From Epithemia pelagica (lineage: Eukaryota > Protista > Bacillariophyta): a stretch of 64,000 nt of DNA. Below the pieces are notes generated by a model. The model worked only from the letters and a program-made list of their open reading frames with translations. It searched no databases and was not told where the DNA came from. Positions 56,101 through 64,000 of the stretch are shown piece after piece. Positions within the stretch are counted from its first letter, which is position 1. Each line of letters starts with the position of its first letter. The stretch is taken from contig OX337241.1 in NCBI GenBank assembly GCA_946965045.2, forward strand, positions 310,001 to 374,000, in the 5' to 3' direction. Position numbers and translations under genes: made by a program.

Positions 56101-59100
56101 GAAGGCCAATCTCTCGTTCGGCCTTGTGGTTTTGCTTGTCAGTGCCTTTTTCGGAATAATGAAACTGGATTCGATGAAAACGACCAAGTTTCGCAAACAT
56201 GGTGGCTGCACCTGTCTGCTCAGTAGCAAGATCGGCAGTCAACTGCTCGGGCACGCCCACATTGTCAATAAATTCTGCCAGAGCTTGACCGGCATGGCTT
56301 TTCGAGGCCATCGGGTATACTGCTGTAAACTGCCCGTCTGTAAAGACCTGGGCGCACTTCTTTCCTGCTAATGAAAGCGTTTTACTAAACAACGTGTCTG
56401 TGTAGATGCGTGTGTTGAGCCGATTACGATGCAACGCAAGGTTATCCACGCGGTAACGCCGCGTAATAGGTGCAATCGCGGTACGGACTCCCTGTTGGGT
56501 GGTCACTCGGAGGGTGTTACACGCCGTTCCGAGTCCAATATTCCATTTGCGACTGAGTGACTCCGGTGAAACTCCAGAGTGTCGCGAACTCGCGACCTGA
56601 TGCAGGGAAGTAAGGGCGTGACCAAGACCATTTGGATCCAACGCGATTGAAACTTTCCCGATTACGCTACTGGCAATCGCATGTGCCTCCTCATACGGAC
56701 TCGCGCCGAGTAGCGACGATAAATCAACTTTCTTCGGGTCCCAGCTTTCCTGCCTCGTGATGACCACGTGCGGCAAATTTTCGATTTCATGGTGACTCGG
56801 GGCACGGGACTCAAAGTACACCGTCGTCCCCTCCATCTTGAATGGCACGTGGATCCCATCGGCCCAAATGCCGAATCCATCTGCTCCCTGGCGCGTTGGG
56901 TCGTCCCTGACCACATGCCCCGCATGGCGAATCTGGTTCTGGTTTAATAAAGTTACAGACAAATTCTTCCCGAACCACAACATTTGGTGGCCGATTATGA
57001 TCGTTTCTATACCACTTTTCTCGTCCCGAATCAAGGTGGCACATGTTGCCACTGGGACATGGCTCTTTCCAACTTGATTGCCTGCGAAATCGTTCACAGC
57101 GCACTCCATCCCAGTCGTCTCGACCAGGGTCCAATTCTCACCGGCGCAACAAGTGTCCGCCATCGTGTCCATCTCGTTTCGTCCGAGCACTGGCACACTC
57201 GAATTCTTGGTATCCAACAACCAACCCTTTTCGACTTGTCCTACGAGTCGTCGTGGCCCACAAGTCACCATAGAGACATCCCTTCCGTCGCCAGCCGTCG
57301 GATATGCCCCTGCCCCGAACCTGCGGCCATTGGTACCACCACGATCCCCCGTCTGATCGTCGGTCTGTGTATCCGGTGCTCGCTGCCCTTCAGCACGATT
57401 CTCGTCGGTCTGGACGTTTCCAACGTCACGTCCCCCTCTGTTGCCGCCACCCTGGGCGTTTCCCCGACCATTTCCTTGGCCGTTTCCCCTGTTTCTACTG
57501 CGGCTGCCTCCACGGCCATTGCCACCATTTCCTTGGTTCCTCAGCCGTGCCCTTTCCTGGAACACGTACTGCTGCCCGGTCGTCCCAAGGGTAGCCATTT
57601 CTTGGTCGGTAAAGCGACGGTTGACGTCTGTGACGTCGACTCCATATAGGGTGTAAACGCCATTTGCGTGGCTCAGCCCTTGGATTTGCTGAGGGCGGGA
57701 GTTGGTCTCGGAAACGAAACGATGTCGGTTTCCACCACGAGTCCCCCCAACTACGGCCTGAGGGAACAGCTCTGATACTTCTGTAGAGATGTAAGAGATG
57801 GCGCCATGCAAGTCAGAGCGGAAATTGCTCCTGACGTGACCCTTGATAACGGCAAACTCAGCCGTGTTGATCTTGATATTCTCGAGCAACGCTCGCACTT
57901 GGTTCGAGGGGGTGCGACGATTTGGGGTGTTCTCCAGCGTTCGAAAGGCTCGGAGGATCTTAGCAGCATAAGCGTCAAAACTAAAGACGCGCTCATTATT
58001 ATAGAAGAGGTTGTCCAACACTCCTTCCGCTTTAATGATTCTCTTCTCCTTTTGCCCGCCACCATCATAGTGGACAACAAGGGCCATCCAAGCGCCTCTT
58101 CCATCCTGTTGGGACTGGAAGGGCTGGATCCAGGTCGCGGGTTGATCCTTAACCCGATCGCTTAGCAAGCGAAAGACTTGACGGTTGTCTTCACGGAAGA
58201 AAGGTCCAGTTAGAGGATAACTATATATTTCACGTTCGCTAGGGGTAGCAAACACGTGACCAGGCTCTAGCTCGGGCCTAATAACATAGTCCAACGGAGC
58301 TTTCTGCTTTCCCGACACATGGGATAGATATGTGGGGAATTCTTGGGACCATTCCTCCCACGCATCCTCCTTGAGGATGTCCGGTTTTATATCAGGTGAC
58401 GTGTCGGTCGTGTCCTCAATTTCCATGCCGTTGAGTGCATCGGAAAGAGTTTCTGCGTCAAACTCGCCCGCATAGATAATACGTCCTTGTCGTCGGGCTT
58501 TCCTGGCCCAGAAACAGAGGCCTTGAATGTTCTTCACGACTCCCGTCGGAATGCTAATAGGCGGGTTTCGCTCTTCCAGGCGAGATGCCAGCTGAGATAC
58601 GTCATCGGCGGACATTCTCCCGAAAGCTTGAAGGGAATTAAGCCGTTCTGTGACTTCAAGCGCTTGAATTTCGGTCGGGTCGGCCCCGCACACCGTCAAG
58701 GCGAGTCCAACAGCAGATAAGGGTAAGGGTGGTCCAGCGCCATGTCCGGCGCCTCCTCCAGCACCTCCTCCTCCTCCTCCTGGCGCTCCTCCACCGCCAC
58801 CGCCGGCTCCACCGCCGGCTCCTCCGCCGGCTCCACCGCCGGCTCCACCACCGGCTCCTCCGCCAGCTCCACCGCCGGCGCCACCACCGGCACCACCTCC
58901 GATACCTCCCGTGCCTCCTCCGGCACCTGCACCTCCGCCGGTGCTTCCTCCGGTGCCGCCTGCACCGTGTCCTCCGCCGCTCCCGGCGTTGCCAGTTGCA
59001 CCTCCTGCGGTGCGCCTGCTAGTCCCTCCGCGGGTACTCGCTCCAGCACCAGCGCCTCCTGCGCTCATTCCTCCGCCTCCAGCGGCGTTCCCGCGATCCG

Positions 59101-59275
59101 TGACATCAGGATCGCCCGTGTTGTTCTCACGGGCTGCCGTTCCGTTGGTTGAAGCACCAACCGGATTGGCGTTCTTCGGGGTTCCTTTGGCACTTCCTTC
59201 AGTCCCGCCGTCATTGGGATATCCCTTCCAGGTACTGGAAGTACCGTTCTTCGTCGTAGATGGCGTCGTCGTCAT
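53162..59275 (-). CDS. Gag-Pol polyprotein (2037 aa)
   Basis: Protease EMDTMADTCCAG; integrase YTDTLF / LTADLATE / KAEREIG; RT CDIGNAYLNA, LYGLKSSG, YVDDIL; RNase H FVDADHAG, LCDN, NLADLFTK. Confidence 0.96.
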   Translation of the reverse strand: MTTTPSTTKNGTSSTWKGYPNDGGTEGSAKGTPKNANPVGASTNGTAARENNTGDPDVTDRGNAAGGGGMSAGGAGAGASTRGGTSRRTAGGATGNAGSGGGHGAGGTGGSTGGGAGAGGGTGGIGGGAGGGAGGGAGGGAGGGAGGGAGGGAGGGAGGGGGGAPGGGGGGAGGGAGHGAGPPLPLSAVGLALTVCGADPTEIQALEVTERLNSLQAFGRMSADDVSQLASRLEERNPPISIPTGVVKNIQGLCFWARKARRQGRIIYAGEFDAETLSDALNGMEIEDTTDTSPDIKPDILKEDAWEEWSQEFPTYLSHVSGKQKAPLDYVIRPELEPGHVFATPSEREIYSYPLTGPFFREDNRQVFRLLSDRVKDQPATWIQPFQSQQDGRGAWMALVVHYDGGGQKEKRIIKAEGVLDNLFYNNERVFSFDAYAAKILRAFRTLENTPNRRTPSNQVRALLENIKINTAEFAVIKGHVRSNFRSDLHGAISYISTEVSELFPQAVVGGTRGGNRHRFVSETNSRPQQIQGLSHANGVYTLYGVDVTDVNRRFTDQEMATLGTTGQQYVFQERARLRNQGNGGNGRGGSRSRNRGNGQGNGRGNAQGGGNRGGRDVGNVQTDENRAEGQRAPDTQTDDQTGDRGGTNGRRFGAGAYPTAGDGRDVSMVTCGPRRLVGQVEKGWLLDTKNSSVPVLGRNEMDTMADTCCAGENWTLVETTGMECAVNDFAGNQVGKSHVPVATCATLIRDEKSGIETIIIGHQMLWFGKNLSVTLLNQNQIRHAGHVVRDDPTRQGADGFGIWADGIHVPFKMEGTTVYFESRAPSHHEIENLPHVVITRQESWDPKKVDLSSLLGASPYEEAHAIASSVIGKVSIALDPNGLGHALTSLHQVASSRHSGVSPESLSRKWNIGLGTACNTLRVTTQQGVRTAIAPITRRYRVDNLALHRNRLNTRIYTDTLFSKTLSLAGKKCAQVFTDGQFTAVYPMASKSHAGQALAEFIDNVGVPEQLTADLATEQTGAATMFAKLGRFHRIQFHYSEKGTDKQNHKAEREIGLLKQRWRRRMNERRVPNRLWDYGLVYEAGLLSRVARGQDGRTGIERLTGETPDISEWIDFQFFDLVWYHTNQKTDTADEQYHLGYWLGIAHRIGSDLCYWVLTKSGKVIARTTVQHVTKEDQEKEDVCEKTRNFRLIVAERLDDTNFKDDGDGRPGYLEDVEDDEEEWRRRRLVPSDEDYGQMIEEQTPDADDMGSQYDEYVGAQIRMDIGGENMVGTVTKRQKGLDGKPIGKKHKNPLFDSRTYEVKFPGGLIHEYTANIVAANLYAKVDDGGNDFLLVKEIVGHRKNGDAVPKEDGFHVGLNGNRHPKRTTKGWEIAVKLVDGSQVWMPLKDVKDGYPIDLAEYAVAQQIETEPAFHWWVSQTRNHMQRMINKVKKKYWKTTSKFGIRLSHSVEEALGIDEQTGTDYWRKAIDKELKAVKIAWEAREDLDIDRVRAGRQLIGYTEITCHMVFDIKLDLTRKARLVAGGHLTDAPTSLTYSSVVSRDSIRMAFLIAALNGLEVMACDIGNAYLNAPCREKVWFLGGPEVGNEDRGKVCVMTRALYGLKSSGASWRITLMNTLYEMGFADTRADPCVLRRRARRANGEEYYELILVYVDDILLVSADPKPVLDEIDGYYKIKSGSIGEPSVYLGAQIYKHSLPDGRWAWGMTSEKYLGNAVKIVEDMLEKDGDGQHLKTTARVPIVASYKPELDTTPELGPELTNRYQQLIGILRWAVELGRLDIYLEVSLMSQYLANPRAGHLEAVCHIFAFVKKHLKLKIVFDAKDVTLDDSCFAQVPIAEWKEFYGDVVEELPPNMPEPLGSPIKITCFVDADHAGNVVTRRSHSGILIFLQNAPILWYSKRQNTVETSSFGSKFVALRIAKEMIVELRYKLRMFGVPVVAPADVLCDNRGVVKNTSLPSSILSKRHNAINCHSVREAAAASILRVGKEDTETNLADLFTKILPRERRNVLISQFTYSSAFGMSGPPTIASTNAADL

Positions 59276-59308
59276 AGCTCTTAACTTGGGTCCGTGGGTC
59301 TGATAAAC

Positions 59309-59818
59309 TCACTTATTCGTGTCGTAACGAAAGCAAGTTCCAATTCAAACAAAAGACTAAGCTTAGAAACTACGTAGCTTGGATCCGCCTTCCAAGTACA
59401 GAGGTAATTAGAGGTGGGACCCGCACCGCGGTGCTGCGGATCGGATCCGCGGATCCGCGGTGCGGATCCCTGGAACCGCAACGAAAGAGACTGGCGGGTC
59501 CGATCCGCGCTACCCGCACCTACGCATAGTAAACGCGGTGGGCACTGATTTGGTCCTTTATAGGTCTGCCTGTCCGTACGTCAAATATGTGCAGAGTACA
59601 TAAAATCCCATAGTAGTGCGGAACTGCGGAACACGCGGGTATTTGGACCCGCAATGGTTAGGATGCGCGGCTCACCTACCCGCATCGATGTGAGCTCGCG
59701 GGTCCAACCTCTAGAGGTAATGGGTAAATGACTATGACCGTTGGATTCGCATTCTTCCTCCCCAATGTCCCCAAGGACCGGGACTGATCTTTCCAGTCCC
59801 GACCACCCGAATTAAACA
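59309..59818 (-). repeat. 5' LTR interrupted by MITE
   Basis: 197 + 305 + 8 = 510 bp, exactly accounted for. Confidence 0.93.
59409..59713. mobile_element. Non-autonomous hAT-type MITE, 305 bp
   Basis: 16-bp TIR TAGAGGT(G/T)GGACCCGC, 8-bp TSD GAGGTAAT at 59401-59408 and 59714-59721, GC-rich GCGG/GGATCC subterminal repeats, no ORF. Confidence 0.93.
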
Positions 59819-60278
59819 ACAACCGGATATGTTTGTTGGGGCGAAGAGCGGATTGCGTCCCATGCGAACCTCGCCAGCCCCCCACCAAAGAAGCTGCATC
59901 TGTCACAAAAAAAGGGACCCTTAGCCTTCCGCGGGGGTGAGATTTTTGATCGTTAATCTTCAGAACGGTATCCTTGATCATCCCCGCTGAGGGGTGAATA
60001 ATGACACCAAAGAACGGAAAAAAGGCGAAGGGTCGAGAGTCGTTGATCACTAGGTAGTTTCTTTTATCAAAGGAGGGTTGGTTGTGTGTGCTTGCTCTTT
60101 GCTGTTGATCGTTGATCCTTTCTTTGGTATTTCAAAAACCTGCCGTTTGGTGTGAGTCGTTGGAGAGAGAGAGAGAGAGAGAATATCCAAACAAAAGACG
60201 GTGCCATTGTGCGGTGTTTGGGATCTCACGACTTGGTCTGTAATATATTTATAGATTGAATCCTTTTTTGGTTCGACC

Positions 60279-63200
60279 ATGGTGGACAATGACCAAGACC
60301 ACTCATCAATGAATCGTCCCAACAATGACCTCCCCTCCGACAGTCCTTCTCCTACTAGTAGTAGTGCACAGGAGAATGACGACAAGGTTCCTACTCCTTC
60401 TTCCTCCTGGACAAGCCCACCAGTCGATACCAAGAAGGATTCCATTGGAGTGTCGGCAGGAAAAACGGAAGAAAATGAATCCAAACCATTGCCATTGAAA
60501 GATATGGAACAACCCGAAACAGAAACAAACGAACTTCCTTTCGATGATGATGATGATCATGATGATGACCAGGAAATGGATCCAGTAGTAGAATCGAATC
60601 CAGAATCCATTGACGATAACCACCGCAACGCCATAGAAAAGAATCACCCAAAGGAGGAAGAGGACGATTTGCTTTCGAAACTAGCCTCCATGGTCTGGAC
60701 TCGCCTTTTGGAATTGCAGGGGTCTTGGTCGGAGGATCCTCGCGTCATGGCGTGTTTGGTGGCCGTGCTGAGTTGGAGTGTAGGGACCTCCTGGGGCCGT
60801 GCCGTATGGCACCAAGTCGGTTTGTTTCTGTTGCGATGTCTGGCCTGGGCCTTGGGAAGTGCCTTGGGATTGGGATGGTCGGCTCATGTGTACGAACAAC
60901 TCGATGTCTGGTATACCCAACAACAAGAACAAGAATTGCAACGACAACAACACGAACAACAACTCGAACAACAACACCAGCATTCCTTGTCGCATCATGC
61001 TGGCACTACCATTTTGATTAGTGGAGATACACCACCGACGCAGGGTCGACCTCGGTTGGATTCCTCCTCCTCCTTTGGTCCTTCGTCGTCTTCGTTTTCT
61101 CATTCGGTCAACGATCCTCATCATTCTCATGGCAGTACTACTACCAATATTCCTCGACCGCTCGTCAGCCATTCCACTGGACCCTCCGCAACCACCACCA
61201 GCATGTCCTTGTCGTCGGCCTTGCCACCCCTCCAAGAAGAACAAACCTATACCAGTCTCATGCAAGCAGCAGGATATTCCGTGTGGATGCACAATCACAA
61301 TCAACAGCCGCAGCAAGGAGAGTCATCCACCGCCACCACCAGCACGGCATGGTTGCGTGGACAAGTGTGGCGATCGTCGGCGTCTCAATCATCCTCATCC
61401 TCATCGCAGGGCGGCGAGGATCGATATCGATTGGAACATGGCACGCGAGCCTTGGAAACCATGACACAGGTCTGGGGGCCCTCCTCACCGCATCCACGCA
61501 TTCAACAAGCCTTGGCGCAATGGATGGAATACTTGTTGCGGGATTTTGTCGTTTCCTGGTACTCCCTTGTCGATGCAGGCGTGGCAGCGTCCCAGGCGAC
61601 TGCTGCGGCTGCTCCTCCAGAAGACAACACGGGAGGAGAAGACACGGACAACGACAAGAGCTCCTCCCCGGCGACCAATGACCCAAACGCTGCTCCACTC
61701 GAACCAACCACAACGAATGACACTGGAGACGACGACAATGATGACGTCAAGACAGCTCTGGACCCAACCCAACGCAAGCAGGACGATACGAACCGGGAGG
61801 TTCCGTCACCCACCACCACCCAACAGCACACCACTGCTTCCGTTCCTCCCATGCCACCGACGACGCGGTCCATGATTTATTCGACGGCTCGTCATCGTTC
61901 CATTCCCTTTTTGGATCAATTGTATAGCAGCATGGGAATCTTGTTTGGCAATTTGGCCCTACGGGTGGAATCGGTCAATGTACTCGAATTGGTATTGCTC
62001 AAATGGACCCGCATTATCGCTCATACCTTTCGGGTCTATCGACAATTGCGACGTCGCGTCTTGCAACAAACACCGGCCTCGCATCATCATAATTCGCAAT
62101 CGGCGTCCACACGACGGTCCACAGCATCAGCACGGTCTACCACAACCACCACCAATCCAACCTCTCCGTCCACCACGTCTCCATCCACCAACAATAACAG
62201 TGGGGAACGTTCACCACAACCAGCTTTGGCCAGCAGCACTGCTTCTTCTTCGGCTCGTCGCAGTACTACTAGTACTACGAGTGGTGGTGGTCCGAGTCAC
62301 CACCACAAAAAACCTCGTCGACTCAAACGTCCCATTACCGAAATGACCATGACACGCGAATTTCTCTTGGCGGGGAAATTACATCGAGCCATTACCTTTG
62401 GCCTCGATGTACCATCCTTATTGTTTGCCGATGCTTCGGGACGTGAATGTGGCATTTTGGATCCGAATAGTAGTAATAGCCAACAAGATTCCACGGCAGC
62501 GGCCCGCCCACCAACTACCAGCACCATGACACCGGATCAAGTCTTGGAACACCGATTGTTTCAAACACCACTCTTGCGAGAATGTGAATTGGATTACAAT
62601 CGGGTCTTGGCCCATCGCATGATTCGGGCCTTGGCCAGTCGGACCGATTCGGCATCGCCCGTCCTCAGTGCCCTCTTGACCGAACTCTTTGCCTCGACCG
62701 TACTCACTTCCACCATGAGTTTGTTTGGACCCGATACCCTCAATGGATGGATTTTGCAAGCATTGGCGACCGATAGTACTACTGCGAGTAACAGTACTAA
62801 TTCGACCAAGGACAATGCCAAATCCGACGCAACCACCACCACCGACAAGACAAGCAAACCCACCACTGCCAAAGGGACTGCAACAGCAGGACCTCGAAAA
62901 TCCCAATCCACGTCGGCCTTGACGACGGCAAGTCCACGAAAACATTCCTTGACTACTCACAACAAAGGAATGGGACACTCCCTGTCTGCCGTCCAAGAAG
63001 AAACAGTCTTGGACGAAACTACCGACGACGACAAGATTCATGACAATGCACGATACACGTCGCATGCATCCTCTCTGGCCCTGTCCTCGTCGTCGTCCTT
63101 TCCCGATTCCATGGATACCACTGTGGAAGATCATGGAAATGACGATGATGTGACGGATCCCATTTTGATTGCCTTGCGTCAATCCTTGTTGGAAATGCGG

Positions 63201-64000
63201 AATTATATGGATTTTGATCAATTGCGGGCTCGGTCTCTTTCACCCCGATCCTCCTCTTCCTTATTGCATACGACGACTGAAGGAATTGTGGATACGGTCG
63301 AATGGGACGATCCCGATTGTCGTGCGGCCGTACTGAAATTGGTCTTGGTGTTGGAAGCCACCCTGTGTCATGGACGAGCCAACAACAAGAACAAGAACAA
63401 AAAGGCAGCTGTGACACGACCCGTTCGCACGCATTCGGAAGACATGGCGTACAACAACAATGGTGACGAGGATGATCCTCTGGATCCTCAGAATAACAAT
63501 ATCAGCAGCAACAGCAATCACAGTACAGAGTTTGCCAAGGAAAGAGACGAATCAGGACGAGAAGAGGAGGATGAGGATGACGACCATGACGACACTCACA
63601 GAAGTGAAGAGCAGGACATGAACAGGACCAGATCGTTAACCACCGACAGTCAGATAGACGATTCCTTGGCTGATGACCCTGCAATGTTGGCGACAGAATA
63701 CAGAGAGGAGGTGGAAGCCTCTGTAACATTGCCGCAACTATTAATGGAGATGACGGGAGATATTGATGCCTTTGAAGAACGTGTTGCCTCGGAAAATTCG
63801 GTCCTTATGGCACAGGAATCGGTGGCCGAAGGATACTACTCGACCAAGCAGGGCAATGAGGAGGATGGCGATGACGACCATGAGCTTCACCATCATGTGT
63901 TGCCACCCACGGAACAATCCACGCTCCGTACCTTGATTGCCGCATGGCTTCATACGGGGCAAATCCATCGTATCATGACGCTGATTGTACAGGCCCATGC
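60279..64000 (+). CDS. PXA-domain protein (SNX13/14/Mdm1-like), 3' end outside the window
   Basis: ATG 60279; the frame appears open to the window end, which explains its absence from the ORF track. Two N-terminal TM segments, then WMEYLLRDFVVSWYSLVD and LLTELFASTVLTSTMSLFGPDTLNGWIL. Confidence 0.82.
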   Translation, partial: MVDNDQDHSSMNRPNNDLPSDSPSPTSSSAQENDDKVPTPSSSWTSPPVDTKKDSIGVSAGKTEENESKPLPLKDMEQPETETNELPFDDDDDHDDDQEMDPVVESNPESIDDNHRNAIEKNHPKEEEDDLLSKLASMVWTRLLELQGSWSEDPRVMACLVAVLSWSVGTSWGRAVWHQVGLFLLRCLAWALGSALGLGWSAHVYEQLDVWYTQQQEQELQRQQHEQQLEQQHQHSLSHHAGTTILISGDTPPTQGRPRLDSSSSFGPSSSSFSHSVNDPHHSHGSTTTNIPRPLVSHSTGPSATTTSMSLSSALPPLQEEQTYTSLMQAAGYSVWMHNHNQQPQQGESSTATTSTAWLRGQVWRSSASQSSSSSSQGGEDRYRLEHGTRALETMTQVWGPSSPHPRIQQALAQWMEYLLRDFVVSWYSLVDAGVAASQATAAAAPPEDNTGGEDTDNDKSSSPATNDPNAAPLEPTTTNDTGDDDNDDVKTALDPTQRKQDDTNREVPSPTTTQQHTTASVPPMPPTTRSMIYSTARHRSIPFLDQLYSSMGILFGNLALRVESVNVLELVLLKWTRIIAHTFRVYRQLRRRVLQQTPASHHHNSQSASTRRSTASARSTTTTTNPTSPSTTSPSTNNNSGERSPQPALASSTASSSARRSTTSTTSGGGPSHHHKKPRRLKRPITEMTMTREFLLAGKLHRAITFGLDVPSLLFADASGRECGILDPNSSNSQQDSTAAARPPTTSTMTPDQVLEHRLFQTPLLRECELDYNRVLAHRMIRALASRTDSASPVLSALLTELFASTVLTSTMSLFGPDTLNGWILQALATDSTTASNSTNSTKDNAKSDATTTTDKTSKPTTAKGTATAGPRKSQSTSALTTASPRKHSLTTHNKGMGHSLSAVQEETVLDETTDDDKIHDNARYTSHASSLALSSSSSFPDSMDTTVEDHGNDDDVTDPILIALRQSLLEMRNYMDFDQLRARSLSPRSSSSLLHTTTEGIVDTVEWDDPDCRAAVLKLVLVLEATLCHGRANNKNKNKKAAVTRPVRTHSEDMAYNNNGDEDDPLDPQNNNISSNSNHSTEFAKERDESGREEEDEDDDHDDTHRSEEQDMNRTRSLTTDSQIDDSLADDPAMLATEYREEVEASVTLPQLLMEMTGDIDAFEERVASENSVLMAQESVAEGYYSTKQGNEEDGDDDHELHHHVLPPTEQSTLRTLIAAWLHTGQIHRIMTLIVQAH

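Larger units (their letters stand above)
52894..59818 (-). mobile_element. Ty1/copia LTR retrotransposon (CoDi-like), full length
   Basis: 197-bp LTRs differing at one base, ACAA direct repeat on both flanks, PPT-like GCGGGGAC next to the 3' LTR, single gag-pol ORF in PR-IN-RT-RH order. Confidence 0.96.

Noticed and set aside
58696-59303. Pro/Ala/Ser/His-rich ORFs overlapping gag
   Set aside because: Shadow frames of the GC-rich Gly-Ala repeat.
1-64000. tRNA or rRNA genes
   Set aside because: No cloverleaf or rRNA signature recognised by eye; tRNAscan-SE and Infernal would be needed to exclude them.

Overview
Eukaryotic nuclear DNA, most likely a pennate diatom. This is inferred from short GT-AG introns, a bipartite plastid-targeting presequence, a CoDi-type copia element and diatom-style ankyrin, kelch and glycosyltransferase genes. 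Positions ~1-13.9 kb hold a decaying Helitron (RepHel) region with orphan ORFs and many tandem duplications, followed by a UvrD/FBH1-like helicase. The rest is host genes: chalcone-isomerase-fold protein, organelle-type uS19, an inverted glycosyltransferase pair, kelch, YbjN-domain, ankyrin, PAS-like, Cys-free GPX-fold and a partial PXA-domain gene. Three further transposons interrupt them: a two-gene PIF/Harbinger-type element, a young Ty1/copia element, and a hAT-type MITE nested in the copia 5' LTR. The strongest hidden signal, missed by the ORF track, is a heliorhodopsin-like gene remnant at 36.5-37.0 kb (- strand) that keeps the helix-G SxxxK retinal-binding motif beyond an in-frame TAG. 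Four frameshifts are each repaired by one extra A in a homopolymer, suggesting assembly errors. All assignments are by-eye motif recognition; no database searches were run.
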